From: Psammoneis japonica
Lineage: Eukaryota
Direction of reading: 5' to 3'
Assembly (NCBI GenBank): GCA_008632985.1
Contig: QPGO01000078.1
Location: forward strand, 124,001-188,000
DNA: 64,000 bases
Below are positions 31,047 to 43,420 of this stretch, piece by piece. How positions within the stretch are numbered: the stretch's first letter is position 1; every line of letters begins with the position of its first letter. The notes under the pieces are model-generated. The model was not told the origin of the DNA and searched no databases. It was given only the letters and a program-made list of their open reading frames with translations. The translations under genes and the position numbers were made by a program.

Positions 31047-34000
31047 ATGTCAGCAGAAAACTGCCCATTCGAACTCAAGCGTCCTGACCGCTCTGAGGAA
31101 GAGCGGCGCAAAGACCAATTCGTGTCTTTTGAAAGCCCCATTGATCCTGACGATCCAGATGGGCTTAAAACTACGATCGAGGTACGTAAGTTAGCTTCAA
31201 CTGAACCGGAAGATGTTCTTACCTTCTGGTCAAACTTCGATGAACTTGTCAACGATCTCGGCACGGCTGAAGGACAGCCACGTTTCCGGCTCGTGACCAG
31301 ACTTATGACCGGAACACCAAAAGACGACTGGGAAATCGTCGTAGACGATTACGAAAACCGCGACCAAGTTACATTCGATACTTGTCGTGAAGAATTTCTA
31401 CTCCAATGCATGGATGGAGAAATTGCCCTTGATGCCAAGGAATGGCTTCAAAGCCTTGAGAAACCCAGGAACCAAACTGTCAAGTCATTTGTTAATGACA
31501 TCCGTCGCTTTAATAAGTTGATTAATATCATGCCTACGCCAACCGAAGATGACGCCGAAAGAGTTCCGTCATTCACGGAAGCGGAATTATCCGTAATCCT
31601 TCGAAAATGTGGACCAAGATCATGGGCCGAAACTCAGACTAAAGCCCGTCTTCGCAACTTAAACTTGAACGACCAAGCTCAATGCTACGAGACTCTCCGA
31701 CGTATGGAACGACGTGGTGACAAAGGGTCTACCGACAACAACAGACGCAATGACAATGGGAATCAACGCAACAACGGTCGATGTGCGCGTCGCGGTCAGA
31801 ACAACGACCAAAATCGCGACACCAGGAACAGGAATCAAAACAATCGTGAACAAACATGTCCAATCCATGGCGTTGTACATCCGAACGGTCAAGAGTGCAA
31901 TATCATCCGTCGTGAACGTGAAAATTATGAGCGGAACCGCGCAAATCGGAATGCGCCGAATCAACAAAACAACTCTCGAAACGAGCCGACACACCGCTGT
32001 CCTACACGGAGCCGCACACGGAACGTCGAAAACAATAATGTGGACTCCAAAGCCAGTCGCTCCGCTTCTAACGATGTCGACAGCGTCGCGTCAGACGATG
32101 TCAACGACATTTTTGAAGACGTCACGTCTCTTCTAGACGATTCCATCGAATCCGAAATAGAAGACAATCTTACCACGGAAGCGCGTGTCCAGATGATTGA
32201 CACTCATTCTGGAATGCACAAGTTCCGTGTTGCTCTACTCGATACCGGCGCAAATCGCAATTTTGTGAAGCGCTCAGCCCTTCGCGGGATTCCTCACAAA
32301 ATCCGTAAATGTAACGTTCCCGTTAAAGGCCGTTACAGTGCCGTTAATCTACACGAGATTGCGACGCTGACATTGAAGTTCCCAGATTTCGCATCGTCCA
32401 AGAAGGTTTCCGTCGATGCTCATGTGGAAGACAAAGCCGTAGGAAAACACGACATTATCATCGGAAGAAAAACCGCCACAGAAATGGGACTCGTTTTTGA
32501 TTTTCGACATCAAACAATCACGTGGGACGATGTTACCCTATCCATGCGATCCAAGGGCTCTTTCGACCAAGTCGAAGTTAATGCAATTCATCCCGGCGAT
32601 GCTGAATTACCCAAGTTCTTCCAGAATGCCGTCAACCGTCAGGTTCGAGGTATGACGAGCAATACGTGCGACAAGCACAATTATCGCGACATGGTTCTAC
32701 GCTGCAAACACCTTGATAACGATCAACAGCACCAACTCATCGAACTCTTCGGACGATACCCGCAATTATTCGATGGCACACTTGGAGCTGTACCCGGTAA
32801 ACCCGTCCATTTGACCCTGAAACCAGGATCGCGTCCACACTGTGCGAAAGCTTACACTATTCCGCAAGCGTTATATCCCATGGCTCGCAAAGAAGTGGAT
32901 GAATTGGAAAAAATCGATGTCATTACGCGCAAACTTCACTCTCCTTGGGGCGCACCCTGTCTTTTCCGATCGAAGAAAAGCGGTGGTATCCGTTTCTTAT
33001 CCGATTTACGGAAACTCAACGAGTGTCTCGAACGGCATCCATATCCACTACCTGTTGTCGACGACGTCGTATGGAAAATGAACGGCTTTACCTGTGCGAC
33101 ATGTTTGGACCTCAACCGAGGCTACCATCACTTCGTGCTTGACGACGAGTCAAAAAAACTCTGCGGTGTCATCCTGCCGTGGGGCAAGCATTGCCACAAC
33201 CGCCTACCGCAAGGAATCAAACCGGCAAGCGATATTTTTCAAGCTTACATGACAGACATTTTTCATGATGTGGAAGATGTCATAGTCCACATCGACAACA
33301 TCATCCTTTTTACCAAGAACAACTTCAACCATCACTGTCAACGACTCGAACTCGTCTTGCAACGGCTCCTCGCGAACAATCTTCACGTACATGTCGAAGA
33401 ATCCTATCTCGCCGCCAAGACCGTCGACTACTTAGGCCACACCATGACTGCAAAAGGTGTTCAGCCTCAGAAAAAGAAAATCCCACCCTCACTTCGCTTC
33501 GCTCGCCCTCAAAACCGTCGACAATTACGTGGTTTCATCGGGTTCGTGAATTATTACAAGAAATTGTGGTACCGACGCAGCCACACTCTTACGCCCTTAA
33601 CTGCGCTGTCATCAGACAAAGTCAAATTCAAGTGGACTGACGTCCACACGGAAGCTTTCAATCAGATGAAAAAAATTGTGGCGCGCGAAATCCTCCTCCG
33701 ATTCCCCGACTTCTCTCAACCTTTCAACATCTATCCGGATGCGAGTGATTATCAACTTGGTGCAGTAATTACTCAAGATTTTGACGATGGCGAATGGCCA
33801 ATTGCATTCTACAGCCGAAAATTATCTCAAGCGCAACGAAACTATACGACAATGGAAAAAGAGCTACTGTCGCTCGTCGAAACGACCGAAAATTTCAAAA
33901 GCATCCTTTTTGGTCATCGATGCTACCTATTTACCGATCACAAAAATCTTACATTTGACAAATTCAAGTCAGAACGCGTCAAACGCTGGCGTTTACTTCT

Positions 34001-35270
34001 CGAGGAATACGATTGCTCTTTCGAGCACCTGCCAGGCCATAAGAATGTCGTGGCTGATTTTTTGAGTCGCTATCCTGTTGTCCAAGTCGATCAAAGCGAT
34101 TACGAGGAAATGACTTCGTTGGAAATCGATCCTTCAATATTCCCCGTTACTTTCGATATTATCGCCGACTGTCAGAAAAAAGATTCTGCTCTTCAGCAAC
34201 GACTCAACAAGTCCGAATCCTACTCAGCCGAACTGTTCAACGGAAAACAGATTATCCTTTACAAGAACAAGATTGTCCTCCCTCCAACGCTTTTTCCTGC
34301 AGTTCTACGGTGGTGCCATGAAACTCTCTGCCATCCTGGTGCTAATCGCACCTGCCAAACTTTGGCTTCACATTTTTACATTCGCGACATGCAGACGAAA
34401 GTCCGTACTTTTGTCCGTAAGTGCCGCACGTGTTCCAAATCCAAGCGTACTACGGCAAACTATGGCGAATTACCTCTTCCAGATACTACTTATAAACCTT
34501 GGCAGGCAACTCAAGTCGATCTTTTCGGTCCCTGGACGTGTGCCGATAAAAATGGTGTCGATCGCAAAATCAGAGCCGTTTCAATTATTGATGTCGCAAC
34601 CCGTTGGGTCGAACTCGCGAACTATAAGTCCAAAACGTCCGAAGACATTTCACTTATCGTCGATCGCGAGTGGTTTTGTCGCTATCCGCGACCAGAAATT
34701 GTCATTTATGACAACGGTTCCGAATTCACTTCCGAATTTACAGATCTCCTCTACAGTTATGGTGTTAAACCGAAACCTACAACAATCAAGAATCCTCAAG
34801 CCAACGCGTTCGTTGAACGTATTCATCAAGTGATAGCCGATTCTCTCCGTGCGATGGATCTCCCTTCTCGTGATCATGATGAAGACACAATTCATGGAAT
34901 TTTGCAATCCGTTGCATGGGCCTTACGCAGTACCTACCATACTGCCCTTATGTCGTCTCCCGGACAAATTGTCTTCGGTCGAGACATGGTCATTTCTGCT
35001 ACTTATCTTGCGAACTGGAAAATGATTAATACCCGTCGCAAGCGCGATGTCCTACGCAATAATCTCCGCGAAAACGCAAAACGTCTTACTTACGACTACA
35101 ACATCGGCGATCAAGTCTTCGTTATGACCAAAGACATCCAACGCAAACTCAACACCAAAGATGGTCCTTTCCGTATCGTACGTGTCCATACCAATGGAAC
35201 CGTTACCATCCAGCGCTCGCCTCACGTCACTGAACGTATCAATATCCGCCGTCTTCACCCTGTCTTCTAA
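31047..35270 (+). CDS. Gag-Pol polyprotein (open frame, but RT active site mutated)
   Basis: Zn knuckle CPIHGVVH...C; protease LLDTGA; RT LDLNRGY / RLPQG / HIDN (expected YxDD); RNase H DASDYQLG / EKELL / TDHKNL; integrase H-H-C-C, VDLFGP, YDNGSEF, ANAFVER, GPF. Confidence 0.95.
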   Translation: MSAENCPFELKRPDRSEEERRKDQFVSFESPIDPDDPDGLKTTIEVRKLASTEPEDVLTFWSNFDELVNDLGTAEGQPRFRLVTRLMTGTPKDDWEIVVDDYENRDQVTFDTCREEFLLQCMDGEIALDAKEWLQSLEKPRNQTVKSFVNDIRRFNKLINIMPTPTEDDAERVPSFTEAELSVILRKCGPRSWAETQTKARLRNLNLNDQAQCYETLRRMERRGDKGSTDNNRRNDNGNQRNNGRCARRGQNNDQNRDTRNRNQNNREQTCPIHGVVHPNGQECNIIRRERENYERNRANRNAPNQQNNSRNEPTHRCPTRSRTRNVENNNVDSKASRSASNDVDSVASDDVNDIFEDVTSLLDDSIESEIEDNLTTEARVQMIDTHSGMHKFRVALLDTGANRNFVKRSALRGIPHKIRKCNVPVKGRYSAVNLHEIATLTLKFPDFASSKKVSVDAHVEDKAVGKHDIIIGRKTATEMGLVFDFRHQTITWDDVTLSMRSKGSFDQVEVNAIHPGDAELPKFFQNAVNRQVRGMTSNTCDKHNYRDMVLRCKHLDNDQQHQLIELFGRYPQLFDGTLGAVPGKPVHLTLKPGSRPHCAKAYTIPQALYPMARKEVDELEKIDVITRKLHSPWGAPCLFRSKKSGGIRFLSDLRKLNECLERHPYPLPVVDDVVWKMNGFTCATCLDLNRGYHHFVLDDESKKLCGVILPWGKHCHNRLPQGIKPASDIFQAYMTDIFHDVEDVIVHIDNIILFTKNNFNHHCQRLELVLQRLLANNLHVHVEESYLAAKTVDYLGHTMTAKGVQPQKKKIPPSLRFARPQNRRQLRGFIGFVNYYKKLWYRRSHTLTPLTALSSDKVKFKWTDVHTEAFNQMKKIVAREILLRFPDFSQPFNIYPDASDYQLGAVITQDFDDGEWPIAFYSRKLSQAQRNYTTMEKELLSLVETTENFKSILFGHRCYLFTDHKNLTFDKFKSERVKRWRLLLEEYDCSFEHLPGHKNVVADFLSRYPVVQVDQSDYEEMTSLEIDPSIFPVTFDIIADCQKKDSALQQRLNKSESYSAELFNGKQIILYKNKIVLPPTLFPAVLRWCHETLCHPGANRTCQTLASHFYIRDMQTKVRTFVRKCRTCSKSKRTTANYGELPLPDTTYKPWQATQVDLFGPWTCADKNGVDRKIRAVSIIDVATRWVELANYKSKTSEDISLIVDREWFCRYPRPEIVIYDNGSEFTSEFTDLLYSYGVKPKPTTIKNPQANAFVERIHQVIADSLRAMDLPSRDHDEDTIHGILQSVAWALRSTYHTALMSSPGQIVFGRDMVISATYLANWKMINTRRKRDVLRNNLRENAKRLTYDYNIGDQVFVMTKDIQRKLNTKDGPFRIVRVHTNGTVTIQRSPHVTERINIRRLHPVF

Positions 35271-35291
35271 CGTCTCAATTGGGGAAGCGAG

Positions 35292-35583
35292 TGCCGAATA
35301 TCACGGTCATCTATATTCATTCGTATATTCATTCGTGGGTGTCAACCTGGTGTCAAAAGTGTCAAAAGGATGTCAACGATGACACTTTCTAGAAACCTCT
35401 TCTCCTTTCTCGATACATCTCGATGCCTCTCGAAAGATTGTTTCTTTATATTTCTACGCGGTTTCTTAGTATTAATTCTACGAGATTTCGGAGTAGCCGA
35501 ATCTCTTTCATTTCTTCTCACAATGTTAGCAACAGTCAACTTTACAAACGCTACTTTATACTATTGCTTGGCGCCACTTGGCA
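35292..35583 (+). repeat. Gypsy 3' LTR (292 bp)
   Basis: Direct repeat of 30683-30973, preceded by the PPT. Confidence 0.97.
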
Positions 35584-36866
35584 GTGCCTCCAAGGAAGGG
35601 GGTCCCACTCGACGTGCTATGACCCGAATCTCTGTTAGATAGGGTTCGCCTGCCCTCAAAGGTGGTTTGGATTGTGGATTGTTTGTTCTCTTGATTGGGA
35701 TCGTTCTTTTTTTAGTGACAACTACGTAATGAGAGAACTAAAGGCATAGGATAATAAAATAATGAAGAACAATTGCTATTAACCCAACCTCGGCAACTGC
35801 ATTGTAAATACTACTAGCACTGCTAGTACTGTTGCAATAGAATGATAAAATAGCCGGATTAAATTGATCTAATGTAAGGTTATTGAAAAGCTTGGATGGT
35901 CGTTCGTAGTAGCGCTTCTAGATGCCTCTCCTCTTCTATGCGCTTTTCCATCTTCTTGTGCTTGCGCACCTTCTGACAAAGTCGATCTTGCGTAATGCCG
36001 TCAACTAATCCAATGTCGTCGTGTTGGTCAACGAAACGGGCGAGTGGTGAGGAGTGAGCCAGGCAAGCAAAGGCGCACTGATGAAGACTCTGCCGCGATC
36101 CACCAGTCTTTTTGCATGAGGTCCAAGCTTTTTTTGCAATCGCGTCACACACCTTAGCAGTGCTGCGTCCTGCTTGAGGTGACGCTCTCCAGCAATCAGA
36201 GGGGCTTGAGAGGACTCTCCATCCCAAGGTGGGACTTTTTGGCGCGCACTGGGTCAAAAGTCGGCCCGATCAGTCTGGATTGGCAACACGGCGTTTCTGA
36301 TTGGCTCAATCACAAATGACTTGTGTGGGAGAATGAATTCTTGATCCGGGGTGGGCGATGACCACAAGAACTGCATGTCGGCACGCCTCACAGAAAATCT
36401 GTGGCAAAGGAAACAAAACGGCTTACAGTGCGATCATACAATGTGACTTATGCCTTCGATTTGTCGTAGTGAAAATTGTCCAGTTCACGGATAATGCCAA
36501 ATTCTGGTCATCACAAAAAGAATCAGTGTGTGAGAAAGAACCCAAAAGCAGACATAAATGCCACTTCCACATCAGATTACATGATCGTACACAACAATTG
36601 TCTGGAAGCTTTCTAATTAAAAAGTCTTTGAAATGTCCGTTGAAATAATTGTTGTCGTGATTCCGGTCATTAAAAAGTAGTGTTGTGACAAAGAGTCCAT
36701 CGTAAGATTCTACGAATCCCCCGTAAGACATTTTCACTTAAGCATCGGCCTACTGCAACCCTCACAAAACGAAAAACAAGAATCGAGTCTCTGCTCTAGC
36801 CACTGTTGAGTCTCATCCACTAAAGGCTCACAAAATAGGATCGAGCCAAATCTCGAACAAGAAAAG

Positions 36867-39065
36867 ATGAAAATCATTTGCAAGGGTGTTTCTCTCCTTC
36901 TTGCTTTTGCTCTTTGCGATGCTGCTGGTACGTGCGTTGCTACAAGGCAAATCGTGCTTGGGCGACAGAGCCATTTCGATGAGACAAGAGCGGCTAACAA
37001 ATTTGCATCTTTTTATCTTCTATTCTTCCTCAGACCTGATGACGAAGCCGGGACTTAGGGATGGTGCTTCTCAAAAGGTAAGCAACAACACCGTCCCGGT
37101 GGTGTTCATTCCCTTTCGTCGGTCGTTCTGACACTTCTGCTCGTTCGGTGAAAACTTTCACCTCTGTTCTCGAAGGACGTCGTCAGCCCTAACGCTGAAG
37201 TTGAGTCCGACAGGTTGCTTGGTGTAAGTAAATAAACGATTTCATGCCGTTTAGCTAGAAACTTCTTCGTCATTTTCTAAAACATCCGAATCGCTCGAAC
37301 GTCTTTCAGCATTACTTTCCTGCTGAGGGGGCGTGCTGTGAAGCTGAGCATGGTCAACCTAAATGTACGGTCGCACAGAAACGTGATTGTCAAGGTCGAG
37401 GCGGCCACTACGTTGGAGACGGAAGCAGCTGCAGACCTAACAAGTGTGCAAACGTCCCACGTCCAACGCCACCAACTACGCCGAGTCCTCCGACACCGAC
37501 GTTGGATGGAAAGGAGGGAGCATGCTGCTTGAGGTTCCGGCAGGTCTTGTCTTGGTGAATAAGAATCACTGTCTTCCTATTTTAACCTCAATGCTTTGCC
37601 ACCTTGCTTTGCAAAAATCACATTTTGTGTTTCCAGGGATCGATGCTTTGTTGTTTCGGCAGCCATTTGCCAGGTTAAGAACGGAATTTACCACGGGGAC
37701 GGCACGGTAAGATTCGTCACTATTGTGAGCACAGAATGAACATGCATGAGTAGATCTTGCAATAACCCCTTTCATTCTTTCTTCTTGTTTTCAGACCTGC
37801 ATTTCCGGTGGTTGTAGGACCAGGGGCGCATGTTGCTTGGGTTCTGGTGAATGCCTCCCCTTTGAAAAGAAAAAGACGTGCCAAAGGGCGCTCGGTGGCA
37901 CCTTCCAAGGAGTCGGCACAACTTGTCAGGACGGAGTGTGCCGTGTTACTCCTCCTTCTGGTCCTGGCACTCCGCCATCTGGACCTGGTATGCCTCCGTC
38001 TGGACCTGGTGCTCCTCCTTCTGGTCCTGGTACTCCGCCGTCTGGTCCTGGAACTCCTCCGTCCGGTCCTGGAACTCCTCCGTCCGGTCCTGGTACTCCC
38101 CCGTCGGTCCTGGTACTCCTCCGTCTGGTCCTGGTACTCCCCCTTCTGGCCCGGGTACTCCTCCTTCACCCACGCCGCCCTCTCCGCAAGAGGGAGCTTG
38201 CTGCTTGCCCTTCGGAAACAGGAATTGCGATGTTCTTTCCGAAAAAGACTGCACTCGTCAGGGTGGAGCATACCTCAGAGATGGCAAGATGTGCGCTGCT
38301 ACAAGATGCTCAAGGCAAGGAGCCTGTTGTCGTGACAATGGCACTTGTGGTAGGACGACATTGTCTGGATGCGACAATGGAGTCTTTCAGGGTCGCGGTA
38401 GTGAATGCGAAGATGAGAATGGCTTAACTATTTGTCCAACGCCGGCTCCCACTCCGTCTCCCACGCCTGATCCCACCCCCTCTCCCACGCCTGATCCTAC
38501 GCCTTCTCCCACGGCTGCTCCTACACCTGCTCCAACGGGAGCATGCTGCGTGCCGTTCGGACGGAACACGTGCGAAGTTCTCTCCAGGGCAGACTGCGCT
38601 CTTGAAGGAGGAGTGTACCAGGGAGATAATAAGGCATGCCAAAGGACACGCTGTCCAAGGCGTGGAGCTTGCTGCCTTGAAGATGGCAATTGCTTCTTGA
38701 GCCCCTTGGCTGGTTGCAACAATGGCAAAGTCTTTCAGGGTCGCGGCACTGAATGCCAAGACGTCACCGGTGCACCTGTGTGTCCGGCGGGCCCACCCAC
38801 GGTTCAAGTGGGCCGCTGCTGCCTTCCCAACGGCGATTGTGATGTAACCACCCCCACAGAATGCAATGATCAGTTCGGCGTGTATCAGGGAGCCGGTACT
38901 ACGTGCGGTGGTGCAGATGATCGCTGCAGCGAAAAAGGAAGTTGCTGTGTGGATTTCAAACCATTCTGTATTGACGTCAACGTTGCGGTTTGCAAGAAGA
39001 AGCGCGGTGACTTCCAGGAAGATACCGTTTGCTTTGACACCCGTTGGTGTCCCGGTGAGGCCTAG
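36867..39065 (+). CDS. Secreted Cys-rich GACC-repeat protein with Pro-rich linkers; multi-exon, apparent 1-bp frameshift at ~38105
   Basis: Signal peptide MKIICKGVSLLLAFALCDAA. Predicted GT-AG introns 36928-37033, 37078-37175 and 37224-37309, plus two more at ~37555-37636 and ~37707-37794. Repeated GACC-x-C-x-C-x-GG-x-Y/FQG-x-G-x-C modules; TAG at 39063-39065. Confidence 0.75.
37948..38160 (+). repeat. 21-bp coding tandem repeat (TPPSGPG) x ~10
   Basis: actcctccgtctggtcctggt-like units; the unit at ~38095-38115 is one base short. Confidence 0.92.
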
Positions 39066-40399
39066 GCTTGGAGACGCCAGTGGCCGTGATCGTAATTCGT
39101 AATACGAGTGTTTGTTTTAGTGAGGACATGTGACTGAAGAACAAGAACAAGCCAGTGATGTAATGCCACCATGACACCTCTGTATAATCGCAAAAGTCCG
39201 AGCCCCTCAGCAAGAAGAAGAAGTAAACAGGGCTTGGATCCAATTAAAAAAAAAAATAGTGTCCATGTTTTGTGAATGTTGCGCAAGCAGTTATTGTACC
39301 GAAGCAGTTTCATCGCCTCAACTGTTTCAGAATAATCCACTCACGACCACATGATGATGCAAATTCAAGGCACCAGAACAACTGTTCCAACTGTCTAAAA
39401 AGTCATCATGAACGGCCGCCGTCCACAAGGGTTTGGTCGCAGATCAATCTCATCTTTGATCTTTGCCGCCTCTCTCCACACTCCTGCGCTTCTTTTCCTT
39501 GCACCACCATCCAACTTGGGGGATTCCCTCAAGTGCTCAACAGCACTTTTTGGGATCGCTCAGATCTTGCCGCGGCTCTGTTGACAAGCGCGTGGATGGT
39601 CAGCATGCCAAGTCCCAAGCAAACGGGTGTCACTGCGTGCTTGGCCATGATGCCAACAAGTGCCTTTTGCCATGATTTCAACCCTCTGGGCCATGTGTGT
39701 GCCTGCAACAACCACTTTTCGACTTTTTGATTTGTCCAGGGGGGGGGGGGGGGGGGGCGGTCACTGTGCTGTGAAGCACCTGCACATGTGCAAGCTTTTG
39801 AGTCCATGCAAGCATGTGCTGCCACACCCTCAGCCAACAAGCAGACACAAGCTGTTGAGAAAATGTCCCCATCACAAGGCATCAAAGAGCTCAAATTCAT
39901 GGGCAAACATGGAGACAATCTGCACAATGCTGGCTGGACTGCAGGAGTGAACAAAACATTGACAGCAACAGCCAAAGCAAAAAGGAAGATGAAGATGAAA
40001 ACAAACATGACAGTGCCAACTGTGTGAGCAAGTCAGAAGATGAAAATCATGAAAAAGAACTGGCTCAAATGACAAACATGAAAAAGCAAACAAGATCCCA
40101 TCCAACTAAAAATCAAGCCCCCCCCCCCCCCAATGAACAGCACAAGTTTGAGAACCAAAAAGTCAAGGAAGAAGATTTTGAGCTTCATGAAAAAAACAAA
40201 GAGACTGAAGAAGATGATGGATCCAAAAAGACAAGAGGTGGGAAGGAGACAGATTGGAGGAACAGACAAGAGCCACATCTGGTGGAGTGGCCAGGAAAAG
40301 TGCATCGTTCAACATCAAATCATGCAAACACATGGAGGGGAAGTTTGATTTGCATGTGGCCTGGGACAGCCCAGACACTGTCAAAACAGAATGAGAGCA

Positions 40400-42250
40400 A
40401 AACAAGCTTGAACACTGCCATCATTTGTGAACAAATGTGAGTCCCAACCAAGAGGATGACATTCCACATGCAGGCAGCCAATGGATTGCTTGTGTCCATG
40501 AGAGGCCACACAACATGGATGGCACGTGCCCTGCAATTGCTGCATCATGCACATGAGTCAGGGAGCTTGCCAACAAGAGTTGGGGAAAGGTGGCATTTCC
40601 AAGAGGATCACCATGTGGCACAAGAAGAGTTGACAGAGTGGGCACAGAGCGGGCAATGTTTTCAACTCAAGATCCACACCTTTGCCACAATTCAATGGAT
40701 GTGCATTTGTTGACAGAGAAGGTTGAAAGGAACAAAAAGCTTGCCAGCAGACAAAGCAAATTCAGGAGCACACGGCACAAGCCATGGATGAAGATGCACA
40801 ACCTGGTGCAAAAAGTGCAGTTAAAAGGACGCCATGGAGTGATGAAGTGTGTGAACACATGTCTGCTGCTGCCAATGTTCTCCCTCCATGATGATCTGAA
40901 CCTTTCATCTGAAATCAAATTGCGCGGTGCAGAGGCACACACAAACTCATGATGAACATGACAAAGGACATGTCACAGGATTGCAGGGCAATGATTTGCA
41001 GTTTGCCCTGGACAAGTGTGCTTTCAACAATTTGCAAAGGCTGTTGACAGTCAGTTGCCCCACCTGTGGCATGAATGCACTTGGGGGTTGTGGCTCCCTT
41101 GTGAACCTCAACACCACCCACTTCTCCAGAGGCAAAGCGCAAGTTGATGTGGGCTGGTGCAGAGCAACAACGGCATTGTTTGCAACACTGAGAAGTTGTC
41201 ATTGTTCTTCCACCATGACATTGATCATGCAAGCACCAAGAGTTGGTGTGCTTGTCACAGAATGGAGTTCTTTGAGTTGACTCTTAAGAAGATCAATGGC
41301 TGGATCAAGGACCAGATTGTTGGTGTTCACACAGCAAAGTTGTGTGAGAGAGGCCTCATTGCACTTGTGTGGAGTGCTTTGCAGAGCCTTTTCAATGCAT
41401 TGCATGCTTGTTCAACAACATGGTTGATTGCAGTGATGCAGGAAAGCACACAAATCTGCACACTTGTGATTTGTGGGATGTCAGCACCAAGGCACAACTG
41501 ATGCACCTGGCAACCACATTGTGGTTGATGCAGCACAAGGCCAGTTTCCTCTGGACATGGAGCATCATGGTGTCACATCCATTTGAGTGACAGGAGTGTG
41601 TTGCAACATCTTGATCATGAGAAATCACAGGGAACCCAGACAGATTGAAGGAAAGATGTTTGACTCTTGATGTGGATCATTTGGCAGCTCTTTACAAACA
41701 AGATTTCATCATCACCAATCTCTCTCACATCTTTCAGTTTATCTCACTCTTTGGAGTGAATCATTTTGTTTGCTTGAAGAAATGCACATTTGGCACCACA
41801 AGGCATCTGCTGTGTTGCAAGTTTGAAGTTTGCATTGACAACTTCCATGCAACCCATGGCCTCTACAATCAACCAAGGCAAGTCAAATGAGCAGCACAAG
41901 AAGCCCAGCAGGACTCCCTGTTTTAGTGACATTGACTTGCTGGTTCAACACCAGCTGGTTTTCCTGATTTTAGAATGGAGTGGAGCCTCAAAAGAGCAGA
42001 ACATTCAACACTTGGCTGTCCCCAAGCAGTGACACTGAGAGAAGTCAGAGAGCAGTCAGTCAGGTGACACTCCTGTGGTGGTTGGCCAAACCATGCAAGT
42101 TGGTGGTGCACAATGTGGTTTGTTGCAGAGCATCAACAGAGTGGCTCCACTCACTCCCTTTGAGCAGTCAGAGCCCACAAAACAATGCACTGGACAATGA
42201 TGGCAATGGCACACAGCATTTCAAGATCTGCCCCTTCTGACTGATCTAAC
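40400..42250 (+). mobile_element. Possible hAT-like transposase relic
   Basis: Faint motifs in the expected order: DHAS...CACH..FELTLKK (CxxH-like, ~41220-41295), DVSTKA (DVxTRW-like, ~41480) and RASTEWLHS (SxxxERxFS-like, ~42130). Confidence 0.3.
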
Positions 42251-43420
42251 CAACTGCATCTTTCAGATTTCACAGCAAAGAAAGATGGAGGCAAGTGCAG
42301 AGTGCTGAGACAGCTCTTTCATTGAGCCACAGAGCCAAAATGTCTGGCTCAAGGCAAGGTGGCCACAATGGTGGAGCACAAGAGTTTGTGTGACAATGAA
42401 AAAAAACAGCAACAGAAGACAGCTTTGCATGACGAACAGCAAAGGACATTTGTCCAAGGCAAAGAAGACAATCTTGCATGTGGACATTGTTTCTTGAACT
42501 CAGGAGGAGGCTTCCACAGAGCAGCAAGGTTGCCCATCTTCTTCTGGGTGCTCCTGATCATGCAGTTGAGTGGTGCACAATGTTGCATGCCAGTAATTGG
42601 AGCAGATTGTGAGAGAGCAGACTGGGCAATGACAGTGTTTTGTTTGCTTCTTCATGGAACAAAAGGCAGAAACAAGAAGCAAGCACTTGGCTCTGGATTG
42701 CAACATTTCATCACCAACAAGGCCTGTGTCAATGGCCATGAAATGGCTCTTGTTGAAGGAGACCACCAGCTGCTGATGGCCACTTCCATTTCTAAAGCCC
42801 ACAATGCCTTGACTGGAATGGCATTGATTGCAAAGCTGTTGTGTGCTGGCTGGAGCCAACAAGGGTGGCAAAGGTGAAAATGGGCCACAAAGGCAATTGA
42901 CCCAACTGACAATGAAAATGTCACAATTCTGGAGGCCACCCCTGATGAGCTGACAAAGGCTCTTCTTCATTGGAAAGCTTTGATTTTTGCAAAATGACAC
43001 AGCCACTTGTCAGCTGACTGTGATCTGCCACAGATCCCTCCCAATGTGACTGAGGTTCTTTGCTGCTTTTGCAGCAGTTTCTGTCAGAGAGAATGTGAGT
43101 CTGGCCCAATTTGTTCACTTTCTTGTCAGAGCCAAGACTTGTGGAAGACATGGCAAAGAAGCAGCTTGCTTGAGTGCAACCAAACAATGTGTTCAGAATG
43201 CCAGCACAAGGTCATGCAACATTGTCTGTTGATGCGACAGTGTCAGAAATGCAAACACTGTGCTTTTGTGATTTGAATGGCCTCTGGGGCATGCACTTGC
43301 ATGTGTGTTGTTCTCTGCATGAAAGTGGGTGTGAAGCCAGTGATGCACTGCACACAACAGCCAGAACAGCTGTGTTGTTGACCTTCTTCAGACAGAAACA
43401 ACATGGGGTCTGACAAGCCC

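Larger units (their letters stand above)
30683..35583 (+). mobile_element. Full-length Ty3/gypsy LTR retrotransposon
   Basis: LTRs with TGCC...GGCA ends, a single gag-pol ORF in PR-RT-RH-IN order, PPT GGGGAAGCGAG (35281-35291), and a 5-bp TSD GTACC (30678-30682) / GTGCC (35584-35588). Confidence 0.97.

Noticed and set aside
35880..36257. 125-aa minus-strand ORF next to the gypsy element
   Set aside because: Non-ATG start and no recognisable motif; possibly a gene fragment but not supportable.
39717..40170. G19 run (39739-39757) and C14 run (40118-40131) as inverted termini of a MITE
   Set aside because: Flanking inverted similarity is short and no TSD was found.
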